Positions 57,258-64,000 of a DNA stretch of 64,000 nt are shown here, in pieces. The translations under genes were made by a program, and so were the position numbers. The notes under the pieces are model-generated. The model was not told the origin of the DNA, did not search any database, and saw only the letters and a list, made by a program, of their open reading frames with translations. Origin of the DNA: the human T2T-CHM13v2.0 reference genome, Homo sapiens; the NCBI RefSeq assembly GCF_009914755.1, contig NC_060944.1; one strand, 5' to 3'. Position 1 is the stretch's first letter. Every line of letters begins with the position of its first letter.

Positions 57258-58148
57258 CATTTTAGAAACAAACCAACAAAAAATTAAAGGCTGCACTGAC
57301 TGATGGTCAGTTTTCTGATCTTGAGTATATATTGACTCAAAATGCAACATGAATGAAAAGGTATCTTTTATTGGTCATTATGATCCAACCAAAATAAATT
57401 TCTGTCTTATCAACCTTGTTCCCTGAGGAAGATGAAGGAGCTGAGTAATCATAGTCCAAGTCCTTCTCTCTGGGTCTGAAAGGGAGACACACCAGTGAGA
57501 AAGAAGCCCCCCTTTATTTACTCAACGCTGGAAGAGGCTAGGTCTGAAAGCAAGGGCAGGGATGGAAAGTTGGCTGTGTCCTGGGATCACTGAGCTGAAA
57601 TTACAGCTCTCCCTGGTCTAGGGAGGGTGGAGGCCTGTGGGCCCAGCCTTGAACAGAAGAAGTCTGGGATTTCCTCCTCCATCCTGAGATGGACACAGCT
57701 GAGCCACTTCCTGCAGGGGCCTCAGGAGAACAAGATGGTGCCATTTTGTTCTCTTTGTCCACATGATTCACAAATGGGGGACTTTTTTTTTCTGTGAGTG
57801 CCTGATGTTAAAGAGAACCTAGGTGAACACATGTGTGGGCAGCCTAAAGAGACTTAAGGCAGGCTGGAGCATGTTGCTCCATTCTGTCCAGCCCCTAGAA
57901 GATTCCTACTGCTAGCATGGAAGTATGCCTTTCTCATTCTCCCCTCCTCCCATCCTCCCCCTTCCACCCTATCAACTACAAAAATTAGGGGCAGAATCAG
58001 GCTAGGAGGAAAACATAACTAATACATAGAACAGGCTCTTTGTCATCTTCTCATAGACTCAGAAAGACCAGCCTAAGAGGTGAGAGAAACCTTTATTCCA
58101 CACAACCTTTTGGTGACCACACACACTTCCACTTTCCCAAAGCATCCT

Positions 58149-59172
58149 TATAACTGCCCAGTGAGTTCACTTTGCTTCCTGCGTAGGAAGAGCTGACTTA
58201 TCAAGAAAAGGGAATTGCAATAGAGAAAGAGTAATTCCTGCACAGCCGGCTGTGCGGAAGACCAGAATTTTGTCATTACTCAAATCGGTCTCCCTAAGCA
58301 TTCAGGGATCAGAGTTTTTAAGAATAATTTGGCGGGTGCTGGGGGAGGGGCAGTGAGTGAGGAGTGATGATTGGTTGGGTCAGAGATGAAATCACAGGGA
58401 GTAGAAGTTGTCTTCTCGCGCTGAGTCAGTTCCTGGGTGGGGGCCACAAGATCGGATGAGCCACTTTATCCATCTGAGTGGTGCCATCAAGTGCAGGGTA
58501 TGCAAAATATCTCAAGCACTGATCTTAGGTTTTATAACAGTGTTTTTTTTTTTTTTTTTTTGAGATGGAGTCTTGCTCTGTCTCCCAGGCTGGAGTGCAG
58601 TGGCACGATCTCGGCTGACTGCAAGCTCCGCCTCCCGAGTTCACCCATTCTCCTGCCTCGGCCTCCTGCGTAGCTGGGACTACAGGCGCCTGCCACCACG
58701 CCCGGCTAAGTTTTTGTACTTTTTTTTAGTAGAGACGGGGTTTCACCGTGTTAGCCAGGATGGTCTCGATCTCCTGACCTCGTGATCCGCCCGCCTCGGC
58801 CTCCCAAAGTGCTGGGATTACAGGACCGTGCCGGGCCTATAATAGTGATTTTATCCCTAGGAGCAATTTGGGGAGGGTCAGAATCTTTTAGCCGCTAGCT
58901 GCATGACTCCTAAATCATAATTTCTTAACTTTTGGCTAATTGTTAGTCCTATAAAGGCAGTCTAGTCCCAAGGCAAGAAGGGGGTTTGTTTTGGGAAAGG
59001 GCTGTTATCATCCTTGTTTCAAACTAAAGACTATAAACTAAGTTCTGTCCAAAGTTAGTTTGGCCTACACCCAGGAATTAACAAGGACAGCTTGGAGGTT
59101 AGAAGCAAGATGGTGTAGGTTAGGTCAAGTCTCTTTCACTGTCTCAGTTATAATCCTGCAATGGTGGTTTCA
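58149..59172 (-). mobile_element. LTR8 solo LTR interrupted by AluY (58543-58837, minus)
   Basis: Minus strand begins TGAAACCACCATTGCAGGATTATAACTGAGACAGTGAAAGAG as recalled for LTR8; Alu TSD TATAA(C/T)AGTG. Confidence 0.78.
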
Positions 59173-59931
59173 TTAGAATTTTTCAAATGTCACATGTATA
59201 GGAACACGAGTGAAGCAACAATGACCAATAGGAAAACAAGAAAATCTAGACAGGAACAAAGGTAGAGAAAGCAGTTCTGGGCCAAGGAAAACCCACTCAG
59301 TGTCACCCTCAGCTGCTAGGGACGAACATTCTTGCAGGCAGTGTAGATGAGGTGGGGCTGGAAGTGGGAGGGATGAGAGTTGTCAAGAGCCCAGAATCTG
59401 AATGCCTGAGTTCAAGGCCTGGCTATCTCATTTGTGTGACCTCAGGCAAGTCAGTAAACATCCTTTGTCTGTTTTCTTATCTGTTAATCTCAGGACACAC
59501 CTATTTTAGGGATTAGATTTGTTGGAGAATTCTTTCCTCAGAGCTTAGTCACAACAAGTGCTAAATACATGTCTATTATTAGTGGTAGTACAAGTAGTAG
59601 TATTATGATATCATCATAAATGAAATTAGCTATTATTAATTACAAAAAATCAGGCAGAAACATAGTTACAGGCCCTTATTAACTCGTGCTATTAAGCCTT
59701 TCTCTAGTGGCCATAAATCCCCAAAGTTTTTTATTTTATTTTATTTTATTTTATTTTTTATATATATACCTAAAGCATCATTGTTAGGCTATGCCCTGAA
59801 GCAGTGTCAGTCTTCTAAAAACATGAACAAATAATCATCTTTGTGTGGACTTTTAGGGTAATCAAATCTTCCTTTCCAGAGTCCTATTAGAGGGAACATG
59901 CCCTCTTTCTTATAAAGGATTTTAAAGTCAC

Positions 59932-60424
59932 TGTTGGGGCTCAGAAACTGATACCCCAAAATAAAATGCATGGACATGCTGAGCTGAAGAAAAAGCAGAA
60001 GAAGCCTCAAGGTCCTCCCCTACCTAAGATCCAGACCCACCAGGAAGAACAATTGCTTTTTCTCACCCTCCCTGCAAGACCAAGAATGTAACCACACCTG
60101 AGCAGACCCATTCTCTGTCAAAGAAAACTATTTACAAATCTTCCTTGGGGTCCATGCCTTCTCACTAGTAAATCTTCAACAGAGTTCCTCTTCTCCTCCC
60201 TTCCATAATCTGTTTTTCCAAGATGATATATATGCCTCCGAATCTCACTGGATGATTGGGTCCCCTGTATACATGTTAAATAAAAAAGGCTCACCTGTAT
60301 ACATGTTAAATACATTTGTGTTCCCTTAATACAATTAATAATTCTCTTAATAGGGAATTAATTCCCTATGAATTATGCTCATGTCAGTGATTTTTGAACC
60401 TCATCAGAGTGTGAGGCCCCTACT
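59932..60424 (+). mobile_element. MER39-like ERV1 LTR
   Basis: Starts TGTTGGGGCTCAGAAACTGATACCCCAAAAT. Confidence 0.7.
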
Positions 60425-60925
60425 TCAAGCTCTGATGCTCAGGGCTGGACTTAGTGCCAGAAGGAACTAGGATATCAACTGGTGTGCATTCTCAGTCTCT
60501 CTTCCATGCAGCATGATCTGAGGGATATGCTGGCTTTGGCAGCTATCTCCTTCCTTGCTCCTCCCTTCTTTTCTTCCTTCCCTCCCTCCCTGTCTTTCTT
60601 TTTTCTGTTTGTTGTATTTTGGCTTCTGATGATTATTCCCGTCTTTGAAAGAGGAAGCCCTAACAGAAAGGGCCAATAGCCCATTTTCATGCCCACTGCT
60701 CTGCCCTGACTCTAAGGGCACACCAGCATGCTTGTTAAGACTCCTCACAACATCCCTTAGGCCACAAATAGCTCCTTGTTTGTGAGTTGCTCTTTCTGGA
60801 TACTTAGCCATATTTTAATCTTTTGTATTCAGCCCTGGGATGGTTCAGCCTTCAGCTTTTGTCACTGTCTTCTTTCCCCGACTCTAGATGGCTTGAAGGA
60901 GACTTCTCAGTCATTTTATATAAAA

Positions 60926-61246
<321 letters not shown>

Positions 61247-61384
61247 TCAAGGGAGTGTTTTCTAATACAGTAGTGGACTTTCCCTTAACATAGTATTCTG
61301 CAGTCAAAGATATTTGGAATTGCTGTTTAGAATAAACTTTTTTTTTGGATTGTAAAACATGCAAAATCTTTAATAAATTAATAT

Positions 61385-62377
<993 letters not shown>

Positions 62378-62759
62378 ATATGCACTGTAAATCTGCCAAA
62401 GATTAAACTATAATTTATAATAATTCATACACACACATGTAAAATGAGAGATAGCACACATCAGAGGACAGTTTTCATTGAACACTACTTGGGAGATGAA
62501 GTTCTAAACAATGGAATACGCCAAAACTGTTAAAAAATATGCAATGGGCTTATACCTGATTTCTTAGAAGACTGTTTATGCTATATTAGGTAGAAATACA
62601 AATTGCTAAAAAATATGTATGTTATTTTCATTAGAAAAATAGCAGGTGGGCAAATGTAAATACATGAATGTAATTATGCCTCATAGGCATAGAAAGAAGC
62701 TGGAGTTCTGTCTATTACAGTATTACAGTGGAATTATGACTCCCCTTGCAGTGGGAGGG

Positions 62760-63494
<735 letters not shown>

Positions 63495-64000
63495 AAGGGG
63501 TGAATTGAGTGGTGGGAGAAAGGAGATAATTTATTTTATAGAAATTTTAAACTAGCGGAATTATGATTTTACTTAACTTTTTGAGGGCTTCCTGTATTTT
63601 TTAAAAGTAGAAATCTTACAAATCTCAAGGAACATGTCTAGTAGAAGTCCTTGCTCACTGTACCTTTAAGCTTCTGCTAATATAAAGGATTTAGGCGAAT
63701 TGAAAAAAATATATGAACCCAGTGTTGGAGCTTTGGGCCTTATTTTTATCATGAGGAATGTTTGTCTGTCACTTAAATTTGACCATTAGCGTTAGTTTCC
63801 TGAGAGAAAAAATATCTACCTCTCTCAGCTTTCCAATTTTGGGCAAGAATGTTCGCTGGAGATAAATACGTAAGGGAATAAATGAAGAATAGGTGCTCAT
63901 GGTTGACATCTAATTGCTACAGAGTTGGGGAGTAGAAAAATGAGAATGTCTATGAGGAATTGCTTTCTTCTTCCTCCACCTTCCTACCTCACATCAGCCG

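Noticed and set aside
60264-60365. Direct repeat CCTGTATACATGTTAAATA and AT-rich inverted repeats
   Set aside because: Local duplication inside the MER39-like LTR; nothing suggests function.

Overview
Primate (human-like) genomic DNA, Alu/L1/LTR-dense, with one real gene feature: the CpG-island promoter and first coding exon of the kinesin-3 gene KIF16B on the minus strand (ATG at 8388, MASVKVAVRVRPMNR, GTGAGT donor at 8341). Positions 1-8341 are KIF16B intron 1; the remaining ~55 kb is upstream intergenic DNA. Nearly all ORFs in the supplied track are Alu/LTR/L1/microsatellite artefacts. The most notable structure is three cellular-RNA retrocopies within ~11 kb, each nested with another element: (i) a 5'-truncated RPLP0 processed pseudogene that still reads as a 151-codon ORF and has an Alu at its 3' end; (ii) a tailless 5'-half tRNA-Gly(TCC) copy inside an old L1; (iii) the last 14 codons plus 3'UTR of TRIM28/KAP1 inserted, with its own target-site duplication, in the middle of an Alu. 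Also noted: an out-of-frame upstream ATG 7 nt before the KIF16B start, a second CpG-rich element with a perfect CArG box, a CTCF-like site and several candidate enhancers. I see no evidence for a new multi-gene system. Gene and repeat names are from recalled sequences, not database searches; old-repeat boundaries and subfamilies are approximate.
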